Assembly: GCA_963783305.1 (NCBI GenBank)
Contig: CAWAMW010000016.1
Span: 480,001 to 544,000 of the forward strand
Direction of reading: 5' to 3'
Source of the DNA: an uncultured Gemmatimonadales bacterium
GTDB taxonomy: Bacteria; Gemmatimonadota; Gemmatimonadetes; Longimicrobiales; RSA9
DNA length: 64,000 bases
Shown here: in pieces, positions 56,292 through 64,000 of the stretch
Layout: every line of letters begins with the position of its first letter
How positions within the stretch are numbered: position 1 is the first letter of the stretch
Made by a program: the position numbers and the translations under genes
Notes under the pieces: generated by a model
The model's input: only the letters and a program-made list of their open reading frames with translations
Database searches by the model: none
Told to the model about the DNA's origin: nothing

Positions 56292-57053
56292 ATGAGTCGC
56301 CGGGTTCAGATCGTTCTCCTTTCGCTCCTCCTGCCCGGCCTCGCCGTGACAGGCTGTAATGACTCCACCACCGACCCCGAGTACGGTGGCAGCATTATCG
56401 GCGTCTGGACGGGTCAGACCGGAGAGTTGACCACGTACCTCGGGATTACCGAGGACTCCCTCACGGTGTACATCGGCAATGATGCCACCTGTTTCGATCA
56501 GATCGAATTCGAGATCGTGAGCAGCACCGGTGACACCTATACGCTCCGAGACATCGAGTCCGGCCTGTCCGGCGTGTTCCTGATCCGTCGCGCCGGCTCC
56601 ACACTCGAGGTGCAGCAGGGCACCAACCCCAATGTCGATCCGGCGATCTATACCGAGTCGAACGCCAACGTCGATGCCCTCGAAGTGTGCACGGGCGGTG
56701 GTGGGGATCCGTCGATCGTGTGCTCGGAGCTGCCCGCCGTCAGCCTCGGTGAAACAGTGTCCGGCACGCTCAGCTCGAGTGATCCTGCGTCCTCGTTCGG
56801 CCCCTATTACGACCTGTTCGGCCTCCGGCTCGATGCCGCGGGTGAGGTGACCGTTCGGATGGCCTCGAGCGAATTCGACAGCTTCCTCTACCTGTATGAG
56901 GCCGGGGGGAACGAGATCGCCCGAAACGACGACGTCAGCGATGGCGATGTCAACGCGGCGGTCACACTGGAGCTCGAGCCCGGCTGCTACAGGATCGAGG
57001 CCACGAGCTTCGAGGCGGGCGAGACCGGGGCGTACACACTGAGCGTGCAGTAG
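56292..57053 (+). CDS. lipoprotein with C-terminal PPC (pre-peptidase C-terminal)-like domain
   Basis: Lipobox VTGC; FDSFLYLY...NDD...PGCYRIEATSF...GAYTLSV. Confidence 0.78.
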   Translation: MSRRVQIVLLSLLLPGLAVTGCNDSTTDPEYGGSIIGVWTGQTGELTTYLGITEDSLTVYIGNDATCFDQIEFEIVSSTGDTYTLRDIESGLSGVFLIRRAGSTLEVQQGTNPNVDPAIYTESNANVDALEVCTGGGGDPSIVCSELPAVSLGETVSGTLSSSDPASSFGPYYDLFGLRLDAAGEVTVRMASSEFDSFLYLYEAGGNEIARNDDVSDGDVNAAVTLELEPGCYRIEATSFEAGETGAYTLSVQ

Positions 57054-57191
57054 GCTCGATCGCACCGTTCGGCGCACAGGGTCGCCGGCGCTCTGCCGGT
57101 GGCCCTGTTTTCGTGCGCCCGGCGCGTTCCAACCTGCCCGGGTTCACGTTATCTTTCACGGCTGTCGTACCTCGTACCGTCCTGGAGACCC

Positions 57192-58991
57192 GTGCGCATC
57201 GATCATATCCGCAACTTCTGCATTGTCGCCCACATCGACCACGGGAAGTCCACCCTGGCCGATCGGCTGCTGGAGTCCACGCACACTCTCGACAAGCGCG
57301 AGATGCGTGAGCAGGTCCTGGACTCGAATGAGCTCGAGCGGGAGCGCGGGATCACCATCAAGCTGCACGCGATCCGCATGGACTACACGGCTCGCGACGG
57401 CTCGAAGTACGAGTTCAACCTCATCGACACCCCTGGGCACGTCGATTTTACCTACGAGGTGAGCCGGAGCCTGGCGGCGTGTGAGGGGGCGGTGCTGGTG
57501 GTGGATGCGGCCCAGGGGGTCCAGGCCCAGACCCTGTCCAACCTCTTCCTGGCCATGGACGCGGGGCTGGAGATCATCCCGGTCCTCAACAAGATCGACC
57601 TGCCCGGTGCCGAGCCGGAGAAGCGCCGCGACGAGCTGGTGGACCTCCTGGGGTGCGAGCCGGAGGAGGTCCTCATGGTGAGCGCCAAGGAGGGGACGGG
57701 TGTAGACGAGCTGCTGGAGCGCATCGTCAGCAAGGTTCCGCCGCCGGAGGGCGATGCCGACGCGCCGCTCCGGGCCCTCATCTTCGATTCCTTCTACGAC
57801 CAGTACCAGGGCGCGGTGCCGAGCATCCGGGTCGTGGATGGACGGATTCGCCCGGGCATGCGGATCGGCTTCGGCGCCACGAAGGGCGAGTACGAGGTGG
57901 ACGAGGTGGGCTACATGCGTCTCGGACGTGTGAAGCAGAAAGAGCTGCTGCCCGGCGAGGTCGGTTACGTGATCGCGGCGATCAAGCGCGTCAGCGACAC
58001 GAAGGTCGGTGATACCGTATTCAACGCGGAGAACGCCGCCAAGGAGCTGCTGCCGGGCTACCAGGAGGTCAAGCCCATGGTCTTCAGCGGCCTGTATCCC
58101 ACGGATGCCGATGACTACGAGGAGCTCCGCGACGCCCTCGAGAGACTCCGCCTGAACGACGCCAGCCTACACTACGAGCCGGAGACCTCCACCGCCCTCG
58201 GCTTCGGCTTCCGCTGCGGGTTCCTGGGACTCCTTCACATGGAGATCATCCAGGAGCGCCTCGAGCGGGAGTTCGATCTGGATCTCATCACCACGGTCCC
58301 GAACGTCGAGTACCACGTGGTCCTCACCGACGCCTCCGCCCGCTATATCGAGAACCCCACGGCCATGCCGGAGCCAGGTCGGATCGAGCGGATCGAGGAG
58401 CCCTACGTCAAGGCCAGGATCATGTGCCCGGCCGAGTACATCGGGAACGTCCAGAAGCTCGTGCACGATCGCCGCGGCGAGTACGTTCACATGCACTACC
58501 TCGATCCCAGCCGCGTCGAGTTCCTCTACGAGATCCCGCTGGCCGAGGTGGTCCTGGACTTCTACGACAAGCTGAAGAGCGGCACCCGCGGCTACGCCTC
58601 CCTCGACTGGGAGTTCCTCGAGTATCGCGAGAACGACCTGGTCAAGCTCGACATGCTCATCAACGGCGACCCCATCGACGCCTTCAGCGTGATCATCCAC
58701 ACCGACAAGGCCTACGAGTACGGCCGGGACCTGGCGAGCAAGCTGAAGGACCTGATCCCGCGGCAGCAGTTCGCCGTGGCCATCCAGGCGGCCATCGGCA
58801 ACAAGGTCATCGCTCGCACCAACGTGAAGGCGCTGAAGAAGGACGTGACCGCCAAGTGCTACGGCGGCGACATCACCCGGAAGCGGAAGCTCCTGGAGAA
58901 GCAGAAGGAAGGGAAGCGGCGGATGAAGCAGGTGGGGTCCGTCGACATCCCCCAGGAGGCCTTCCTCGCCGTTCTCGAGGTGGGGGACTGA
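57192..58991 (+). CDS. lepA: elongation factor 4
   Basis: [40 protein letters not shown] and [14 protein letters not shown] motifs. Confidence 0.98.
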   Translation: MRIDHIRNFCIVAHIDHGKSTLADRLLESTHTLDKREMREQVLDSNELERERGITIKLHAIRMDYTARDGSKYEFNLIDTPGHVDFTYEVSRSLAACEGAVLVVDAAQGVQAQTLSNLFLAMDAGLEIIPVLNKIDLPGAEPEKRRDELVDLLGCEPEEVLMVSAKEGTGVDELLERIVSKVPPPEGDADAPLRALIFDSFYDQYQGAVPSIRVVDGRIRPGMRIGFGATKGEYEVDEVGYMRLGRVKQKELLPGEVGYVIAAIKRVSDTKVGDTVFNAENAAKELLPGYQEVKPMVFSGLYPTDADDYEELRDALERLRLNDASLHYEPETSTALGFGFRCGFLGLLHMEIIQERLEREFDLDLITTVPNVEYHVVLTDASARYIENPTAMPEPGRIERIEEPYVKARIMCPAEYIGNVQKLVHDRRGEYVHMHYLDPSRVEFLYEIPLAEVVLDFYDKLKSGTRGYASLDWEFLEYRENDLVKLDMLINGDPIDAFSVIIHTDKAYEYGRDLASKLKDLIPRQQFAVAIQAAIGNKVIARTNVKALKKDVTAKCYGGDITRKRKLLEKQKEGKRRMKQVGSVDIPQEAFLAVLEVGD

Positions 58992-58994
58992 CCG

Positions 58995-59864
58995 GTGCGG
59001 GTCGCCGTCATCCTCGCCACCTACAACCAGCCCGAGTGGCTCCGGAAGACGCTCTGGGGCTACGCCCGCCAGTCGTATCGTGATTTCGAGGTCCTCGTCG
59101 CCGACGACGGGTCGGGTTCCCACACGGCCTCGGTGGTGCGGGAGGCGTGGTCGAAGTACCCTTCTCTCGGGCTCCGCCACGTCTGGCATCCGGACACCGG
59201 CTACCGCAAGTGCGTGATCCTGAACCGCGCCACGCTGGCGGCGGACGCCGAATACCTCATCTTCAGCGACGGCGACAGCATCCCGCGCCGCGATTTCGTG
59301 GCGACGCATGCGCGCCTGGCCGAGCCGGGGACCTTCCTTTCGGGCGGTGCCATTCGGCTGCCCCGCGGGCTGAGCGAAGGGGTGACGGAGCAGGACGTGG
59401 AGGACGGCCGTGTCTTCGACGCCGGCTGGCTGGCCGATCGGGGCTTCGATCCCGGACGGCACCGGCTGCGCCTCCTGGACGGGGTCTTCTGGCCTGCGAT
59501 CCTCGATGCGGTCAGCCCCACGGGCGCCACGTGGAACGGGAATAACGCCTCCACATGGCGGGAGGTGGTGGTGCGGGCCAACGGCTTCGAGCACGAGATG
59601 GGATACGGTGGACAGGACCGGGAGTTCGGGGAACGGCTGGCGAACCTCGGGGTCCGGGGTCGCCTTGTGCGGCACCGGGCGGTAGCGGTCCACCTGGACC
59701 ATGGCCGGCCGTACAAGACCGAGGCGTCCATGCGGAGGAACCGCGAGATCCGCCGCGAGACCGCGGCCTCGGGCTCGGCGCGGGCGCGCTGCGGGATCGA
59801 TCAGATCGAACCGGAGGCGGAGTCGTTCGTGGCGTCGTCGTCGACAGAGAAAGGAAGCGAATGA
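58995..59864 (+). CDS. glycosyltransferase family 2 (with GT7-like C-terminal motif)
   Basis: TYNQ, VADDGS, FSDGD, NGFE and YGGQDREFGERL motifs. Confidence 0.9.
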   Translation: MRVAVILATYNQPEWLRKTLWGYARQSYRDFEVLVADDGSGSHTASVVREAWSKYPSLGLRHVWHPDTGYRKCVILNRATLAADAEYLIFSDGDSIPRRDFVATHARLAEPGTFLSGGAIRLPRGLSEGVTEQDVEDGRVFDAGWLADRGFDPGRHRLRLLDGVFWPAILDAVSPTGATWNGNNASTWREVVVRANGFEHEMGYGGQDREFGERLANLGVRGRLVRHRAVAVHLDHGRPYKTEASMRRNREIRRETAASGSARARCGIDQIEPEAESFVASSSTEKGSE

Positions 59865-60862
59865 GCGTCGGACAGAAGCGCTGGATCGTGGGCGTGGACC
59901 TCGGTGGGACGAACACCGTGGTCGGGGTCCTGCCGCTGGACGGCGGCGATGGTGATGTACTGGCTCTGGAGAGCCGACCCACCGAGGCCGTGAAGGGGGC
60001 GAAGTCCGTGGTGGACCGCATCGTCAACATGGTGGAGACCGCGATCCAGAAAGTGGTGGACGAGCACGGCGGCTCGAAAGACGATTTCGCTGGTGTGGGG
60101 ATCGGCTCGCCGGGCCCCCTGAATCGGAAGACCGGGACCATCATCAACACGCCCAATCTGGGATGGCGGAACTTCCCGCTGCGTGACCTCATCTCCAACG
60201 GTGTGGGACTGCCGGCCGAGCTCGACAACGACGCGAACTGCGCCACGTACGGGGAGTGGTGGCTCGGGGCCGGAAAGAACGTGGATACTCTGGTAGGCTT
60301 CACACTGGGCACCGGGATCGGCGGCGGTATCGTCCTGAATGGCAAGATCTTCCATGGCGTCAGCAATGCGGCGGCGGAGATCGGCCACATGACCATCGAT
60401 AGCACCGGCCGCAAGTGCAAATGCGGGAATTACGGCTGCCTCGAGGCCTATGCGTCAGGCCCCGCCATCGCACTCCGAGCGGTGGAAGGGATCGAGTCCG
60501 GGGCCGAGACGGTGCTGCCGGACCTCGTCAATGGACGCCTCCAGGACATCACCGCGGCCACCGTGTACGAGGGCGCCGTCGTGGGCGATGCGTACGCCAA
60601 CGAAGTCATGAAGGAAACGGCCAAGTTCCTCGGCACCGGGATCGCCAACATCATCAATATCCTGAACCCTGCCATGGTCGTTATTGCCGGCGGTGTCACC
60701 CGCGCCGGGGACCATCTCTTCGTCCCGCTCCGGGCCGAAGTGCGGCGCCGGGCGTTCAAGAGCGCCCAGGAGGCGTGCGAGATCGTGCCGGCGAAGCTCA
60801 TCGCCACCGCCGGCGTGATCGGCGCGATCGCCATGTTCAAAAACGAAGTGCTGGACGCTTGA
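59861..60862 (+). CDS. ROK family sugar kinase (glucokinase-like)
   Basis: GVDLGGT, DNDAN, TLGTGIGGG, EIGH and CKCGNYGCLEAYAS motifs. Confidence 0.93.
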   Translation: MSVGQKRWIVGVDLGGTNTVVGVLPLDGGDGDVLALESRPTEAVKGAKSVVDRIVNMVETAIQKVVDEHGGSKDDFAGVGIGSPGPLNRKTGTIINTPNLGWRNFPLRDLISNGVGLPAELDNDANCATYGEWWLGAGKNVDTLVGFTLGTGIGGGIVLNGKIFHGVSNAAAEIGHMTIDSTGRKCKCGNYGCLEAYASGPAIALRAVEGIESGAETVLPDLVNGRLQDITAATVYEGAVVGDAYANEVMKETAKFLGTGIANIINILNPAMVVIAGGVTRAGDHLFVPLRAEVRRRAFKSAQEACEIVPAKLIATAGVIGAIAMFKNEVLDA

Positions 60863-60872
60863 TCGCTCCGTC

Positions 60873-61823
60873 GTGACCGTATCCCCCGGATTGCGGGTCG
60901 GGATCCTCGGGACCATGGTGTGGGACCGGATCGACCACCCCGACGGCGCTCGGGTCGAGCGCTGGGGTGGGATCTCCTACTCCATCGCCGCGGCTGCGGC
61001 CGCACTGCCGTCGGGCTGGTCCCTGCGACCCATTATCCGGGTCGGCGCAGACCTCGCCCCGCCCGCACGGGCCTTCATCGACGGCGTGCCGGGAGTGGAA
61101 TCGCTCGCAGGCGTGCTGGACGTGCCCGAGCCCAACAATCGGGTCCACCTCCGCTACCGGGATCGGAGTCACCGACAGGAGATCCTGAGCGGCGGCGTCT
61201 CCGGCTGGAGCTGGGAGGAGCTCGCTCCGCGCCTCGAAGGCCTGGACGCCCTGTACGTCAACTTCATATCGGGATTCGAGCTGACGGCCATGCTGGCCGC
61301 GCGCCTCCGGCCACTCTTCCCCCGCTGCCCGCTCTACGCGGACCTCCACTCGCTGCTCCTCGACGTGGCGGCCGACGGCACCCGCATTCCACGCACGCTC
61401 CCGGACCGCGACCGCTGGCTTGCCGCCTTCGACGCCGTACAGGTGAACGAAGAGGAGTTGAGGATCATGGCCGGGTCCGATGACCCTGTCGAGGTCGCCC
61501 GGGAAGCGGTACGCTCCTCAGGCGGCGCCGCACTGGTGACCCGCGGACCGGCGGGCGCGGAGTGGTTCGCGGGCTCGGACCGCCCCTGGCCGTGGGCGTC
61601 CCCGGGCGGCGAGCCCCGCTCCGGCCTGGTACCCGTGGAATCCCCCTGGACGGAGGGTGACCCTACCGGCTGCGGCGACGTGTGGGGGGCGACCTGCTTC
61701 ATGCGTCTGCTCCGGGGCGAGCGGCTGAGCACCAGCATGAGGGCGGCGAACCGGGCCGCGAGCCACAATGTGAGCCATCGCGGGGCCGACGACCTTTTCG
61801 ACCATCTGAGGAAGCATACGTGA
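60873..61823 (+). CDS. PfkB family carbohydrate kinase
   Basis: WGG, VQVNEEE, TRGPAG and DPTGCGDVWG motifs. Confidence 0.85.
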   Translation: MTVSPGLRVGILGTMVWDRIDHPDGARVERWGGISYSIAAAAAALPSGWSLRPIIRVGADLAPPARAFIDGVPGVESLAGVLDVPEPNNRVHLRYRDRSHRQEILSGGVSGWSWEELAPRLEGLDALYVNFISGFELTAMLAARLRPLFPRCPLYADLHSLLLDVAADGTRIPRTLPDRDRWLAAFDAVQVNEEELRIMAGSDDPVEVAREAVRSSGGAALVTRGPAGAEWFAGSDRPWPWASPGGEPRSGLVPVESPWTEGDPTGCGDVWGATCFMRLLRGERLSTSMRAANRAASHNVSHRGADDLFDHLRKHT

Positions 61824-62740
61824 ACATTGTCGCCATACCGGCATCGCTGGACGATCGCTCGTTCGACGTGGTGATGGCCGAGCTGAACGAAGCCCTCGAA
61901 GGCCACGAGAGCGGCCGCATCCTGGTGGACGCCCGCCGGCTGCGCTGGGTTGACCCGTTCGGGATGATCGGCCTCCTGGCCGTGGGGCAGGTGGCCCGGG
62001 ATCGCGGACGGCGGCCACGGCTCCAGGTGCCCGAGTCGCCGGACGTCCTCAGCTATCTCTCACGCATGTCATTCTTCAAGAGCGCTGAAGGCGTCTACGA
62101 GATCCACGGAGGATCGCGGCGGACCGCCACCGGCTCCTCGGACGTGCTCCTCGAGATCACGCCAGTCCAGTCGCACGTGGACGTGCACCAGATCGTCGAC
62201 CGCGTGAACGAGCGCGCCCTCGCCATCCTCACGAAACAGCTGAACTACCCGCTCAAGGAAGCGTTCCAGTTCAGCGTAATGCTGTCGGAGGTCTGTCAGA
62301 ATATTATCGACCACGCCGAGGCGGGCGGCTGGGTCGCGACGCAAACCTACAACTGGTCCAAGCGCCTCGGTCGGAAGGTCGTGACCATCGCCGTCATGGA
62401 CCTGGGCGTGGGCTTCCACGGCTCCCTCGGGAGCGAGCACGCCGCCCGCTACGGGGCCCGCTGGAGCGATGCTTCCGCCCTGGAGGCGGCTTTCATCCAC
62501 GGCCTCACGCGTTTCCACGATCCCGGCCGCGGGCAAGGGCTCCAGCAGATCCGAAAGCAGGTAGGACGATGGAACGGCAAGATCTCGATCCGGAGCGGTA
62601 CGGCCCGCATCGCGGATGTACCCGCCTGGGACGACGCGCCGCCGCTGGAGGAGGACCTGCCGCCGTTCCCGGGCGCGCAGATCAACATCATCCTGCCGTC
62701 ACGGGACGTGGAGGAGTCCGGGAACGGGGGATCGAAGTGA
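61820..62740 (+). CDS. STAS-like domain fused to a GHKL/HATPase (RsbW-like) domain
   Basis: N-terminal VDARRLRWVDPFG; SEVCQNIIDHA, DLGVG and GRGQGL boxes; no HisKA H-box. Confidence 0.8.
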   Translation: MNIVAIPASLDDRSFDVVMAELNEALEGHESGRILVDARRLRWVDPFGMIGLLAVGQVARDRGRRPRLQVPESPDVLSYLSRMSFFKSAEGVYEIHGGSRRTATGSSDVLLEITPVQSHVDVHQIVDRVNERALAILTKQLNYPLKEAFQFSVMLSEVCQNIIDHAEAGGWVATQTYNWSKRLGRKVVTIAVMDLGVGFHGSLGSEHAARYGARWSDASALEAAFIHGLTRFHDPGRGQGLQQIRKQVGRWNGKISIRSGTARIADVPAWDDAPPLEEDLPPFPGAQINIILPSRDVEESGNGGSK

Positions 62741-63342
62741 GCGACCTCGGTGACGTCGTTCCGCTCAGGTTCGACATGTCCGACATGGTGCGGCAGTCTG
62801 TGGCCACGCTCTACTCCCACCTGGTCACTCGCCCCACCGGCCAGGCGCTTCGCCTCGGGATCGAAGCGCAGATCACCGAGCTCGGGGCGCTCTGTCTCAC
62901 CGTACTGGATTTCAGCGAGGTGGTGGTCCTCGACTACAGCTGTGCGGACGAGACCGTGGCCAAGCTCGTCCAGCGGTTCCAGCGGTCCGACCGGCCCGCG
63001 GAAGCGTACTTCCTGGCGCGTGGCATCGATGATCGGCACCTGGAGACCATCGACTCCGTCCTGAGCCGTCAGGACCTGGCCATCGCAGCCGAGCTTGGCG
63101 ACGGCCAACTCGTTCTCCTGGGCGGCCTTAGCGAAGCGGAGCGCAGGGCCTGGCTCGCTCTCGGCAGCCTCGGGTCCGCCACGGCGGACGAGGTGGCCGA
63201 GCGGATGGCGACGGAGGGTGAGGGACCCGTGATCGAGCCCATTCGTGACGCCCTCGAGTCCCTCGCCCGCCGGAGGGTCGTAGCGCGCATGGATATCCCG
63301 CGCCGGTACTTCTCTCTGCAGTCGCTGCTGCTCGAGGATTAG
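62737..63342 (+). CDS. STAS-like (DUF4325-type) domain fused to a winged HTH
   Basis: LVTRPTG...LDFSEVVVLDYSCADE; C-terminal LSEAERRAW...TADEVAERM...LESLARRRVV; GTGA coupling. Confidence 0.72.
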   Translation: MSDLGDVVPLRFDMSDMVRQSVATLYSHLVTRPTGQALRLGIEAQITELGALCLTVLDFSEVVVLDYSCADETVAKLVQRFQRSDRPAEAYFLARGIDDRHLETIDSVLSRQDLAIAAELGDGQLVLLGGLSEAERRAWLALGSLGSATADEVAERMATEGEGPVIEPIRDALESLARRRVVARMDIPRRYFSLQSLLLED

Positions 63343-64000
63343 TCCCGCTTCAGCGCGAGCGACAGCACCCGGTTGATGGCCTTGAGTGCTGCCAGCGAGG
63401 CCGCCGACTCCACGTCGCTGTCCACCGGATGAGCGCCCACCAGCGGGAGCGGGCGGCGTCCGAACCGGGGTGAGATCGCCAGCACGCTCACCAGCACGTA
63501 CTCCCCATCCAGCGCCTGCACGATCGAGGCGAAGTCCAGCTCCAGCCCCAGCCCATCGTTCCACGGCGCGTCCGCCGCCGACCTCAGCGTGGCCGTGGCG
63601 GCCGCGCGTGCCCGGCCCGCCTGGGTGTCCACGGCATCCGCCGTGCCCGTCGACTCGCCTCTGCCCCATTTCAGCCGGACGGCTATCGCGACGTGCCCCG
63701 CCACGGTCGTGGACTCGAGGCCGGCGTAGACCGGTCGTCCAGCTTCCGCACCGGCCGGCTCCCACACGCTCTCCTGCGCCGCAACGGTATCCGGCGCCGG
63801 GCCTTCCGGGTGGGACGGCTCGGCGAGCTGAGCGATCGAGATGACCCGCTGGTCGATGGGGATGCCCAGTCGCTCCTCCAGCAGCCCCCGGATATCCCGG
63901 GCAAGGCTCGCCGGATCAGGACCATCCCCGATCAGCAGATGGATCTCCCGCAGGTGTCCTTCCAGGTCCTCGCTCACATACGCGCCCATGACGGACGGCA
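63339..64000 (-). CDS. hypothetical protein (probably 5' truncated), paralog of the 39570-40196 gene
   Basis: REIHLL...ARDIRGLL...IDQRVISIAQ, LVGA...AASLAALKAINR; frame open to the window edge. Confidence 0.72.
   Translation of the reverse strand, partial: PSVMGAYVSEDLEGHLREIHLLIGDGPDPASLARDIRGLLEERLGIPIDQRVISIAQLAEPSHPEGPAPDTVAAQESVWEPAGAEAGRPVYAGLESTTVAGHVAIAVRLKWGRGESTGTADAVDTQAGRARAAATATLRSAADAPWNDGLGLELDFASIVQALDGEYVLVSVLAISPRFGRRPLPLVGAHPVDSDVESAASLAALKAINRVLSLALKRD

Noticed and set aside
56016..57053. Horizontally acquired islet
   Set aside because: It looks slightly less GC-rich by eye, but there is no integrase, tRNA, att site or flanking repeat, and I could not quantify composition.

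Overview
High-GC bacterial chromosomal window with no phage, IS/transposase, CRISPR-cas or rRNA/tRNA genes that I can support. Gene content and the small lineage-type hypotheticals suggest a Gemmatimonadota-like (Longimicrobiales-type) organism, which is an inference. Most of the window is core metabolism and cell envelope: aroB (partial), an acyl-CoA ligase, mpg, etfBA plus a convergent ETF-quinone oxidoreductase, a tupABC-fdhD-mobA-moeA tungstate/Mo-cofactor operon, a nicotinate phosphoribosyltransferase, fabI, dacB, acpS, glnA, a Fur/PerR regulator, a DksA-family gene, acs, egtD, guaB, two lytic transglycosylases, a minus-strand mfd-PPIase-surA-pdxA-ftsEX-envC-holB run, moaC, and a lepA-GT2-ROK-PfkB-HATPase-STAS operon. 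The main hidden signal is three near-consensus sigma54 (-24/-12) promoters, each about 40-50 nt upstream of a stress/dormancy-type gene: a 64-aa disordered protein, a BON-domain protein and an aeRF1-like (baeRF10-type) ribosome factor. Several housekeeping genes instead carry sigma70-type promoters, so this may be an undescribed sigma54 stress/ribosome-hibernation regulon. Other notable items are an ANTAR regulator with a terminator-containing leader plus a REC-kinase with a degenerate ATPase domain next to glnA, a STAS-HATPase / STAS-wHTH partner-switching pair, an NYN-LOTUS-LOTUS-HhH protein, an ETF-QO lacking its fourth Fe-S cysteine, and several structured or repeated intergenic elements. 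All family assignments come from motif recognition by eye; no searches were run.
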